Shown: positions 21,622 through 30,830, numbered from the stretch's first letter. The stretch is 64,000 nt of DNA from Escherichia coli (GCF_044324785.1 NZ_CP172127.1); one strand, 5' to 3'. A program made the numbers and translations. The notes: generated by a model not told the origin, from the letters alone.

Positions 21622-23384
21622 TGTCACGAACGGTGCAATAGTGGTTCTTCCGCAACTTGGGTGGAAGAAAATGGATGAAACTTTCTGGTGAACAAGGATC
21701 TAAGCTGTTTTAAGTTATGGGCAACGCAATGCACTCTCTTAAGACACTTCTACAGTTACCTTGCGGATGGCGATGCAGTCGACAAATTATTAGCTCTGAC
21801 GGTATCACCCTCCATCTCCACGGAAAACGCAAAACAGCACAATGTCCTGAATGCTCTAAGCGTAGCGACTCTGTTCATAGTTCTCGTCGGCGCCGGATAC
21901 AGCATCTACCCTGCTCCGGGCAGACGCTATGGCTTGTATTTTCCGTCCGCCACTGGTACTGCCGTAACCCTGTTTGTTCACGAAAAATTTTTGCCGAGTC
22001 GCTTGCTCCCTTCGCCGGTTCACACCAGCAGTCTTCACAGGCGTTACAAAATTTACAACGTCAACTGGGATTAATAGCCGGAGGTGAGGCTGGAAAACGG
22101 GCTGCAACGGCAGTGGGTCTCCGTTGCAGTGCAGATACTCTTCTTCGCAGGGTTATCAATACCCCGGGGACGAAACAGTCAGGCGCGCCTCATGTCGGTA
22201 TTGATGAGTGGGCGTGGCATCGGGGCCACCGTTACGGTAAGTTAATCGTCAATCTTGATACTCACCGTCCCCTCGTCCTGCTTCCCGGTCGTGATCAGCG
22301 TACGCTGGCGACCTGGTTCAGAAAATATCCGGAAATACAGGTTGTCTCGCGTGATCGCAGTGGAGTCTATGCAACAGCAGCACGTGAAGGTGCACCTCAG
22401 GCCAGACAGGTGGCCGATCGATGGCACCTGCTAAAAAATATTGGCGATGCGCTTGAACGAATGATGTACAGACATATACCTCTGATACGTCTTGTTGCCA
22501 GTGAGTTGTCACTAAAGAAATCACCTGAGCCAGAACTGTCTGTGCCTGCAGTATCGCTCCGTCGTCCGGAACGCCTTAAACAGCAAACCCGCAAAAAACG
22601 GCATCAGCGTTGGACAGAGGTTATGGCCCTGCATAACAAGGGATGTAGTTTCAGGGAAATATCCCGTATTACAGGCCTGTCGCGTGTGACAGTCAGTCGC
22701 TGGGTGCGTTCAGGAACATTCCCTGAAATGTCAACCCGACCTCCAAAGCGAGGGCTTCTGGACCCATGGAGGGAGTGGTTAAAAGAGCAACGAGAAAGCG
22801 GTAATTATAACGCCAGCCGGATATGGCGGGAAATGGTGGCCCGGGGGTTTACAGGCAGTGAAACCATCGTCAGGGATGCTGTTGCCAAATGGCGTAAAGG
22901 CTGGATCCCACCGGTTACTACTGCCGCCAGACTTCCTTCAGTGTCCCGGGTAAGCCGGTGGTTGATGCCCTGGAGAATAATCAGGGGGGAAGAAAATTAT
23001 GCTTCCCGATTTATTAGTCTGATGTGTGAAAAAGAACCGGAGCTGAAAATAGCGCAGCAACTGGTACTCGAGTTCTACCGTATTCTGAAAACCCAAAATA
23101 AATCACAGCTTAGCAGCTGGTTCACTCGAGTCCACGAAAGCGGCTCAGCAGAACTTCGGCGCGTGGCTGCGGGGATGGAAGCTGATGCTGCGGCTATATG
23201 TGAGGCAATCAGCAGTCGCTGGAGTAATGGTGTTGTCGAAGGTCATGTAAATCGCCTGAAGATGTTGAAACGCCAGATGTATGGTCGAGCCGGATTTGAA
23301 CTGCTCAGGCAGAGGGTCATGAGTCCACTGGCATGAAAATCTCCACCCAAGTTGCGGAAGAACCACTTTTCATCCGTCGTTGAC
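21622..23384 (+). mobile_element. ISL3-family insertion sequence nested in IS66 tnpA, flanked by a 6-bp direct repeat ACAAGA
   Basis: 25-bp perfect inverted repeat gtggttcttccgcaacttgggtgga (21641-21665 and the complement of 23342-23366), with imperfect extension outward to ~21622 and ~23384. ACAAGA at 21616-21621 and 23385-23390. Removing the element restores cttgaacaagagggcagt (LEQEGS) in tnpA. Confidence 0.8.
21717..23336 (+). CDS. ISL3-family transposase (539 aa)
   Basis: N-terminal zinc-finger CPECSKRSDSVHSSRRRRIQHLPCSGQTLWLVFSVRHWYCRNPVC and a DDE region (...IDEWAWHRGHRYGKLIVNLDTHRPLVLLPGRDQRTLATWF...) typical of the ISL3 family. Confidence 0.85.
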   Translation: MGNAMHSLKTLLQLPCGWRCSRQIISSDGITLHLHGKRKTAQCPECSKRSDSVHSSRRRRIQHLPCSGQTLWLVFSVRHWYCRNPVCSRKIFAESLAPFAGSHQQSSQALQNLQRQLGLIAGGEAGKRAATAVGLRCSADTLLRRVINTPGTKQSGAPHVGIDEWAWHRGHRYGKLIVNLDTHRPLVLLPGRDQRTLATWFRKYPEIQVVSRDRSGVYATAAREGAPQARQVADRWHLLKNIGDALERMMYRHIPLIRLVASELSLKKSPEPELSVPAVSLRRPERLKQQTRKKRHQRWTEVMALHNKGCSFREISRITGLSRVTVSRWVRSGTFPEMSTRPPKRGLLDPWREWLKEQRESGNYNASRIWREMVARGFTGSETIVRDAVAKWRKGWIPPVTTAARLPSVSRVSRWLMPWRIIRGEENYASRFISLMCEKEPELKIAQQLVLEFYRILKTQNKSQLSSWFTRVHESGSAELRRVAAGMEADAAAICEAISSRWSNGVVEGHVNRLKMLKRQMYGRAGFELLRQRVMSPLA

Positions 23385-23691
23385 ACAAGAGGGCAGTATC
23401 GCTGCTCTGGCCCGTCAACATGACGTCAACGATAATCTGCTCTTTAAATGGATAAGGCTCTAGCAACGTGAAGGGCGGGCGGGTCTGTCGACCCCGAAAA
23501 AATGCATCGTCGCTTCCTACCCTGATACCCGTGCAACTTCAGGCGGAGCCTTCTCTCCCGGAATTCGAACCACTATCCTGTTCACCTCCCACTGCCTGCC
23601 ACATAAAATGTCGGGGCGGAGAAATAACGCTGACCTCTCCCTCAGTTGAGCTTATGAGCACTGTCCTGCGCGAACTGATGCGGGGGTCTGT

Positions 23692-24057
23692 ATGATAAAT
23701 CTTCCCGCAGGCACAAAAATCTGGCTGGTTGCCGGTATCACCGATATGCGCAACGGCTTCAATGGTCTCGCCGCAAAGGTGCAGACAGCGTTGAAAGATG
23801 ACCCGATGTCCGGCCACGTCTTCATCTTCCGGGGCCGCAGCGGCAGTCAGGTCAAACTGCTGTGGTCCACCGGCGACGGACTGTGCCTGCTGACCAAAAG
23901 GCTGGAGCGTGGCCGCTTCGCCTGGCCGTCGACCCGCGATGGCAAAGTGTTCCTGATGCCGGCGCAGCTGGCGATGCTGATGGAAGGTATCGACTGGCGA
24001 CAGCCAAAGCGGTTACTGACGTCCCTGACATGTTGTAGCCCAGGTCTTCTTCGTTGA
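23692..24057 (+). pseudogene. IS66-family TnpB, near full length, with a chimeric C-terminal tail across the deletion junction
   Basis: MINLPAGTKIWLVAGITDMRNGFNGLAAKVQTALKDDPMSGHVFIFRGRSGSQVKLLWSTGDGLCLLTKRLERGRFAWP... is a classic IS66 Orf2. The last 8 residues (CCSPGLLR) read into antisense of the neighbouring gene. Confidence 0.75.
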
Positions 24058-24926
24058 TAAAGTTCACATCCAGAGGATGGATACTTCCTGTAGCCCGTAA
24101 TATCGTCGATTCAATATCCTGCACATTCATCGGGATCACCGATGCAAGAAAAGCCCATTGATCAGAATAAGGCTGGAAATTAATATCAACAAAAACGCTT
24201 CCCCCCGATGCACGCGGTCTTTTTTGCAGAGGTAACGCGATAAGATTACCAAATCCTCCTTTTGGCATAGTATCCTGATTAGGAAATAATCGGTCATAAG
24301 AACTCAATTGCAGCTGTCGGGTCCGGCTGCACGTATAGCTAATAATAGCAGTCCCCAGACGGCGAGCTTCGCGGGCCGAAACTCGTGAAGCAAAAAATAT
24401 CCAGACATGCGCTCCCTGACGTGAGCGGGATATTTCCAGCGCAGCAGGTACACTCAGCTCATCACAGGCTCGCATGAACGCGGATGCATCCTTCTGCCAT
24501 TCAGCTTTATCAAAATCAACAGCCAGAAAATAACAGGAATCATCTTCCAGCAACGGATATAACCCGGCAGTATGCGTGCCTGCCAGATGCTGGTAGATGA
24601 CAAGATCAGATACAGGGAGTAACTGACGGTGCGTACAGTCCCCGCATTTTATCCGGGGTTTACCGCATATTCTCGCCTGCCATTCGTTAGCGCAGGCAGG
24701 AGAGTACCCTGATTTGCCGCTGGTTTTACTTTCCCAACGAAGGGCCCATATATCATCACGCCCACGAAACAACCGACGAAATAATGCAACCTTCTCGTCG
24801 GTGGATAATACGGAAACGCGCTGCACAGGGCTCGGCGGTTTACGTCGCCATTCCAAGTAATGAGACCAGACGGGCATTTTCTGCCCTCAATGCAGCTAAT
24901 TCATCGCTGTCAGATTTATGAACCAT
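24033..24926 (-). pseudogene. Remnant of a large primase-polymerase (AEP)-domain protein, probably originally fused to a helicase; 5' frameshift and 3' truncation
   Basis: AEP motifs FLAVDFDKAEW (DxD) and RQGAHVWIFF. The upstream ATG at 24926 gives MVHKSDSDELAALRAENARLVSLL, then a +1 shift (an extra g in cttGgaatgg) into ORF 23852-24877 (EWRRKPPSP...). Homology ends at ...INEEDLGYN (~24033), where antisense IS66 tnpB begins. Confidence 0.6.
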
Positions 24927-25080
24927 ATTCGTTACCTGTATCCGATCCACTGAGGCACCACGGCAGAAATTCGGGTCCCCTACACTGATGACAAAGCGCC
25001 CCGCCCTCTTCTGCCTATTAACTCAAGCACCTCCCAACAACTTACAGAAACTTAATTCTAATACCTAATACAGCTGTAAT

Positions 25081-25644
25081 TCAGTTGTGTCGTGGTCGGC
25101 CCCGGTTACTTTTTTCGGGAAGCCTGCTACGGCCCAGAATAATACCGTGTTCTTTCTGATCCTGTTTAGCCAGGTAGCTGAGGGCGTAACGTAAGTCGTC
25201 TACTGCGGACTTATCACTATAGTGAATCACGTGATCGATACGCACCGGGTATTTATCTTTAGCCCGGCACAGATGAAAATAACCCTCCCCTTCCGTGATC
25301 CGCCTCCAGATATCCCCCAGTTGCCTGGATATCTGATAAGAGTTCTTGTGACGTTGCCCATCCAGATAGCCGATAAAATGAATATGAAGCCCTTTGTCTG
25401 GTGTATATTCCATAACCCAGTAATATCCTGCCAACATCGTCTGGGTTTCGCTAAGTAAACGGTATATTTCCATACACATACTGTGCTTACAGGAATGCCC
25501 GAAACTGGGCGTGTCTTTCCTGTAGGCAAAATCAATTCTGAAAGGTAACAGTTTAGAAAAACGTTGAAACAATCCCTCCATGTGTTCATTCACATCTTTC
25601 AGAATCGCGAAATTCATTTCGTAATTGGGATTGGCATTATACAT
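25081..25644 (-). CDS. YfjJ/YagK-like protein (inovirus Gp2-type domain), 187 aa
   Basis: Pattern ...LLPFRIDFAYRKD...GYYWVMEYTPDKGLHIHFIGYLDG...IWRRITEGEGYFHLC... resembles the YagK/YfjJ family of CP4-6/CP4-57. Assignment from memory. Confidence 0.6.
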   Translation of the reverse strand: MYNANPNYEMNFAILKDVNEHMEGLFQRFSKLLPFRIDFAYRKDTPSFGHSCKHSMCMEIYRLLSETQTMLAGYYWVMEYTPDKGLHIHFIGYLDGQRHKNSYQISRQLGDIWRRITEGEGYFHLCRAKDKYPVRIDHVIHYSDKSAVDDLRYALSYLAKQDQKEHGIILGRSRLPEKSNRGRPRHN

Positions 25645-26775
25645 TTTATAGTCCTTAATTTATAAAACTCACAGGAAGAGGAAATTATGTAAATACTGAG
25701 AGAACATAAACGCCGTAGCACGGCATTAATAAACGAAGTAAACCAGCAGCACAGACACCCTGATAAAACTGTTTTGTATTACCGCATCGCTGTAACGAGG
25801 TAATACTTCAGAATTCAGTGAGGCTCTCTTAAACAGAGGACCAGTAAGAATTACAATGGTAAAAACACACCTCATAGAATTGAGTTTAAGGAAGCACCAT
25901 TCACTCAACCTGACATTCACAAAAGTCAGTACCAGGTGGCCTCAGGTAACATCGCTATTAATATTATCCTGCCATTAAGTAAAAACAGAAACTCTGTGAG
26001 GAAGTCTCACCAATATTTGACCAGTAGCATAAAGAATAACGATATGAGAGATACGCCCACACCAGAGATGATTACCCCATACAAAAAGATAATATTTATT
26101 AATACCACCGCACCTCAATAGACTAATAACACACTAATAGCGTTTTGGTACACACTTAACACTAACTATGCACCAGACACATACTCAGGATTAACATTCC
26201 CAACATTTATGGTACTCTCAAAGAGTATAATTCACCACACAGGTAAACTCTCACACCAGTAGTATGGAGATAATGCTGTACACATACTTACAGAGTAAAG
26301 TGTACAGTTAGCATACAGTGGCGAGCAGACATTACAACATAAAGACATAAGATAGCATAATAAGAACATAACAAAACTCCCACTAATAATACTAATTAAC
26401 CTTAATTCTTTTTTGAACAGGAAATCAACATAGCTCCAGACCTCTTCAGGTCATACACTTTTGTATTGGATGTTCAATGTGTACTTCTGCACAAACAAAA
26501 AAATAAAACCCGCAAAATAAAATATCAGCCCCAAAAATACAGCGTGAAACACCACGTTATGGATATGTTTTCATATCACCAGAAGCATATTTCACACATA
26601 CAATACAGAAACAATTCATCATATAATCAGGGTTACTGTTCACTCCTCTCGGTTATCCGCGAGACGATAAAACATGACACTAATCACAAAAACGAGAGAT
26701 AGTATTTGCGAAATATAAACAACATAAAAATCAATGCGTTGCGATTTTTTATTTTTTCAGACATGCATGCCCCCT

Positions 26776-26811
26776 CTGCTATTGTTGCTAGCCGGCTAGC
26801 AACAATAGCAG
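26776..26811. repeat. Perfect 36-bp palindrome
   Basis: ctgctattgttgctagcc|ggctagcaacaatagcag, with the two 18-nt halves exactly reverse-complementary. Lies 43 nt past the stop of the 607-aa gene. No U-tract on either strand. Confidence 0.95.
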
Positions 26812-26853
26812 GGATATACAAACATCGGATGCCAAAAACACGTTCCGATAATA

Positions 26854-28677
26854 TCATCGAGGATCTGACTGGTTGTTTTTAGTATCATCACCACAAATGA
26901 TGGTTAATGCGTTGTAGATCAGTCTGCGTCTGTTCTTGTTTTCAGCATTATTTCCATACAACATCATGACGTTTTTAATATCATCAACCGGTGATATTAC
27001 ATAATCAACCAATACGCCAAGCTTCTCAATACATTGCAGTAAAGTATATTTGTGTCTGCCCGTAAATAATCCTATCAGGTTTTCTTTACTTTCACGACTG
27101 GATAATATTTTGTTCTCTGTAATTAATTCAGCCAACGTTTCACCATCGTAAACACGTTCTTTATCTATCAGAATATTTATCTTATCTAACGCCCTCTCTA
27201 CATTATCAAGAAGACCTGTAATATACGGAGGCTGAATATCTGACTTTGTACTAATATTTGCAAGCATCGAATTATACATTTTAATGACACGCATCAGAGT
27301 AAAATTATTCGCATCATATTGTATTTCATCTTCATTATACGCAGGATCCGTCACGACCCTTAAGTCCATAAATGCATCCTGATAAGCTTTTACATAATCA
27401 AGTAATTCGAACAGTGAACCATGCTTTATTTTCTCCCTGTTTAATTTGATCTCCAGCGCTATCCTGAGAACTGAAAAAGCGCCGGGAAGATACCCAGAAG
27501 GTAACTCGTATTTTGGGGATTCATCATAAAACCGAAGAGCTTTGTGGAGTTTGTTCCGCCGAATCAGATAAATAAGGACGGCCAGTAACATGTAGCACCT
27601 GGTCACATAACCACGGGCATTCTGCAACTGTTCAAAATAATTAATAATGTTTTCCAGATATACATCATCATAACTTTTCTTATCAGAAAGATTAAACACC
27701 ATATCTTTTAAAGATTCGATATATTCTTGTGATTTATCATCAAGTGACACAATATAACGAGTTAATGCTCCTTTGGGGCCACTCTCAAACTCATGAAACC
27801 GTTCAAGTAATGCTCTTGCATAAGGCGTTGTGTCAAAAATATTAAAATCATAAAGATAGCGTGCAGCGTAGCCATACAACCCATGTACCCAAAGCCCTTC
27901 TCTTATCAGCACTCTGAGATAATATGCAATACTGTCAAGTATCTTTACCTTCCGTTGCATATCAAGCAAAATACTTAATGAATAAAATGCATAATAGAAC
28001 TTGTCAATGTTGTTGAGTATTCTGTCCAGCTCACTCTTATCAAGCTTCTTCTCTCTGTAATCCTTCTTGTATTCATTCTTACAGGCCTTTATATATTGTT
28101 TCATAAGGCTCTTCCTTTTACCGTACCCTTTTCGAATAGTTCCCTGGTATTTTCCCAGCTCATACATTTTTCCGTTTTCCCGAAAATCTTCTCTGTTAAA
28201 TCCCAGTTCAGCAAGATACTCCCGGAGATAACGTTTAACGGCAGCCTCATCGCTTTCTGTACCAGAGTAATCCAGGCAGGGACAATATGATTTTTGCAAA
28301 AAATTATAGATATGATAATAAAACCCTGTTTCATTCTCCGGACGATATGTGTTATATATATCCAGCACAATAAAAACAACTCCAAAGCTTTTCAGAAAAT
28401 AGTTACGGATATATTCGGACTTTAATGTTGAATACACAGGGTAAGAATTCATCATGTAATAAAAATATTCATACCGGGAAAATATAATTCGCCGTTGTTC
28501 CAGACTATACACCCCTTCAGCATCAATAATTTGACTGAGCTCATTATAACGTTGATCCCAGAATCTTTGATGCGCTCCAAAATCAGTACTCTTCCGCTTA
28601 TCTCTCGGACTCTCTCCTTCCTTAAACAACTCAAAAACTGTACAAATATCATACAAAAGATTTGTAAACATGCGCAT
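26854..28677 (-). CDS. Orphan hypothetical protein, 607 aa, AT-rich, predicted helical, no motif I recognise
   Basis: Longest uninterrupted ORF in an AT-rich stretch where random ORFs should be short. Divergent from alpA across an 88-bp gap. Tyr/Lys/Leu/Ile-rich. No Walker A, nuclease, DxD or HxH signature that I can identify. Confidence 0.65.
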   Translation of the reverse strand: MRMFTNLLYDICTVFELFKEGESPRDKRKSTDFGAHQRFWDQRYNELSQIIDAEGVYSLEQRRIIFSRYEYFYYMMNSYPVYSTLKSEYIRNYFLKSFGVVFIVLDIYNTYRPENETGFYYHIYNFLQKSYCPCLDYSGTESDEAAVKRYLREYLAELGFNREDFRENGKMYELGKYQGTIRKGYGKRKSLMKQYIKACKNEYKKDYREKKLDKSELDRILNNIDKFYYAFYSLSILLDMQRKVKILDSIAYYLRVLIREGLWVHGLYGYAARYLYDFNIFDTTPYARALLERFHEFESGPKGALTRYIVSLDDKSQEYIESLKDMVFNLSDKKSYDDVYLENIINYFEQLQNARGYVTRCYMLLAVLIYLIRRNKLHKALRFYDESPKYELPSGYLPGAFSVLRIALEIKLNREKIKHGSLFELLDYVKAYQDAFMDLRVVTDPAYNEDEIQYDANNFTLMRVIKMYNSMLANISTKSDIQPPYITGLLDNVERALDKINILIDKERVYDGETLAELITENKILSSRESKENLIGLFTGRHKYTLLQCIEKLGVLVDYVISPVDDIKNVMMLYGNNAENKNRRRLIYNALTIICGDDTKNNQSDPR

Positions 28678-28765
28678 CTGCTCTGATCTCCGGTTGGTTT
28701 CCGTTTTATCACAGGGGACATTCTGGCCTTAACGTAGCAAATTAATGACATAGCCTTCAACTCAC

Positions 28766-29026
28766 ATGGAGAACAATATGTCAACCCAGACCGGACATTT
28801 TTATACCCCCTCACGCATCCTGCGTATGGCTGAACTTACCCGACTCCTTGGTATATCAAGATCGACCATCTACGAAAAAATGAATCCGGCATCAAAATAC
28901 TACGATGCCACCTTTCCCCGGCCTGTCCGGCTTGGGAGTTCGGCTGTAGGCTGGCGGGCATCTGCCATTGATGAGTGGTTAACTTTACATACAACACCAA
29001 CCAGATCCGTAACTAAGGATAAATAA
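28766..29026 (+). CDS. alpA: AlpA-family phage/island transcriptional regulator (HTH)
   Basis: ...RILRMAELTRLLGISRSTIYEKMNPASKYYDATFPRPVRLGSSAVGWRASAIDEWL... is the AlpA/Phage_AlpA signature. Followed 16 nt later by the yfjI-like gene. Confidence 0.8.
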   Translation: MENNMSTQTGHFYTPSRILRMAELTRLLGISRSTIYEKMNPASKYYDATFPRPVRLGSSAVGWRASAIDEWLTLHTTPTRSVTKDK

Positions 29027-29041
29027 GGAAAACTGTACGCC

Positions 29042-30607
29042 ATGACAAAATTATCCCCCCCTGAACTTGACATAACTAAACTGCCTGACAGGTGCCAGGC
29101 ATTACTTGATGAAATGCATGAAGAAACGGGAATAAGCCGTGAAATACTGCTGTCTGTTATGCTGACGGTCAAGGCTGTCTCGGTCCAGGATACGCATGAA
29201 GTTGAACTTTCTGGAGGGCAGCGTACCAGTCTTCAGATATATATGTGTCTTTCATCAGCATCAGGCAGTGGAAAAACCTCTGCCTGCGCAAAATTAATCG
29301 CCCCTGTTCATGAAACAGAAGAAGAACTACATCAGGCATATATCGACGATAAAAAAAACTATGATCGCATGATGGAAATGTGGACAACAGATAAAAAAAT
29401 CCTGGAGCGGAGATATAAAAAGGAAATGGAAAGATCCCCGGAAAATGCTGCTGCTGCACGAGCAGCGCTTGAAAAGTGTATAGCAAATAAACCCGTACCT
29501 CCCGTACAACAGGTTCTCATCGTGAATGACGCGACACCAGAAGGGATAGCTTTGAAACTCAGCCAGTCACCTTCTCTTCTGTTGCTGTCTGATGAAGGAG
29601 GAACTATTCTGGATAAGCGTTTCGAACGCAAATCGGCGCTGTACAACACATTATGGAGTGGGCAACCAGTCACCGTAGAACGGGCATCCAGACCCGGGTT
29701 CCGGGTAAAGGATTCCCGTCTCACTATGCTTATACTGACTCAACCGGTAATATTTGATAAGTTTTTTACTCTCACTGGCGACCAGATCCGGGGCAATGGC
29801 TTTCTGGCCCGGGTGCTATTTTGCGAACCCGGAGCAAATAAAATAATGACGACAGAACCGCATACTGCCACTCCTGTTGTAACGCAGCAATGTGCAACCT
29901 GTTTTCATGAGAAAAGTTTTGGCAGTCAGATCAGAGACTCTCTGAGAGCGTCCCGGGAAAGGCGTGCAAAAGGTGAGCAACGCATCCGCATGACATTATC
30001 ACACGCAGCATCCCACGATCTGGAAATCTTTCACGAAGAAAATATGAGTGCTGTCAGGCAGAACCCACGTATGACCACTTTCGAAGACATTATCGTCAGG
30101 AAAAGAGAACAGGCTGTTCGAATAGCCGCACTTCTGGAGCTGGAGAACAATCCACATGGTACAGTAATAACACGAGAAAGTATCAATAGTGCTATTTATC
30201 TCGTTGATTTTTATTTTCAGCATCTTATATCCAAACTGGAATCACTTCGGGAAATATCTCCTGCAGAAAAACTGGATAAATGGCTCAGAGAAAATATCAT
30301 CCGGGTAAAAGGATACGAATATCAAAAAAGCCATATACTACAATATGGTCCATATGCTCTCAGGAATAAATGTGTTCTTGATGAAGCACTTGATATACTT
30401 GCAGAACAGAAAAAAATCGTAATTGATTATTCAATCGGCCAAAAAATCATTTATATCGGTGACGCGATTACACCTTGTGAATTAGCAAATGAGGCAAACA
30501 TCCCGATAATGGAGCGTGGAATGTTTATAGTCTGTTGGGACCATAAGCTGAATAAGTACAGAAATGAAGAACAGACTAAAATATGGAACATAACTACAAA
30601 AAATTAA
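29042..30607 (+). CDS. YfjI-like DUF3987 protein (P4-type replication/helicase-related), 521 aa
   Basis: P-loop-like SASGSGKTSA. ...VNDATPEGIALKLSQSPSLLLLSDEGGTILDKRF...GQPVTVERASRPGF...LTMLILTQP... is typical of DUF3987. alpA-yfjI synteny as in CP4-57. Confidence 0.7.
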   Translation: MTKLSPPELDITKLPDRCQALLDEMHEETGISREILLSVMLTVKAVSVQDTHEVELSGGQRTSLQIYMCLSSASGSGKTSACAKLIAPVHETEEELHQAYIDDKKNYDRMMEMWTTDKKILERRYKKEMERSPENAAAARAALEKCIANKPVPPVQQVLIVNDATPEGIALKLSQSPSLLLLSDEGGTILDKRFERKSALYNTLWSGQPVTVERASRPGFRVKDSRLTMLILTQPVIFDKFFTLTGDQIRGNGFLARVLFCEPGANKIMTTEPHTATPVVTQQCATCFHEKSFGSQIRDSLRASRERRAKGEQRIRMTLSHAASHDLEIFHEENMSAVRQNPRMTTFEDIIVRKREQAVRIAALLELENNPHGTVITRESINSAIYLVDFYFQHLISKLESLREISPAEKLDKWLRENIIRVKGYEYQKSHILQYGPYALRNKCVLDEALDILAEQKKIVIDYSIGQKIIYIGDAITPCELANEANIPIMERGMFIVCWDHKLNKYRNEEQTKIWNITTKN

Positions 30608-30649
30608 AGTTCCCGTCTTTTATCATTCAGTTACCAACCTGAATATCTG

Positions 30650-30689
30650 AAACAATGCCAGACATCGGTTACAAACTGGCATTGTTTTT
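30650..30689 (+). terminator. Intrinsic terminator after the yfjI-like gene
   Basis: 12-bp stem aaacaatgccag (30650-30661) / ctggcattgttt (30676-30687), running into a T-rich tail. Confidence 0.5.
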
Positions 30690-30830
30690 ATCATTCAATT
30701 TATAAACTACAATATTACGTATTATTTTTACATTTATGTCATTGCAAATATCAGACAAACAAGCATTATAACTCAATAAGTATATTTTTCGTGATTACAG
30801 ACGACATCTGCAAATCTGTGAGATGTGATT

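Larger units (their letters stand above)
21455..24032 (+). mobile_element. IS66-family element remnant: left end, tnpA (disrupted) and tnpB; tnpC and the right end deleted
   Basis: tgtaagcg-type terminus at 21455. tnpA starts at 21539 (MRTKERLPRKRYSPEFKMELVRLALEQ) and resumes after the nested IS (EGSIAALARQHDVNDNLLFKWIRL). It has an in-frame TAG at 23461 and a frameshift. The tnpB ATGA overlap is at 23692. The sequence switches to an unrelated gene at ~24032. Confidence 0.7.

Noticed and set aside
25726-26702. ORFs of 61-78 aa in the AT-rich tract (25726-25920, 25936-26121, 26466-26702)
   Set aside because: Low-complexity translations (Lys/Asn/His/Ile runs) are expected by chance in A/T-rich DNA, and there is no start-site support. 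The tract is reported as a finding rather than as genes.
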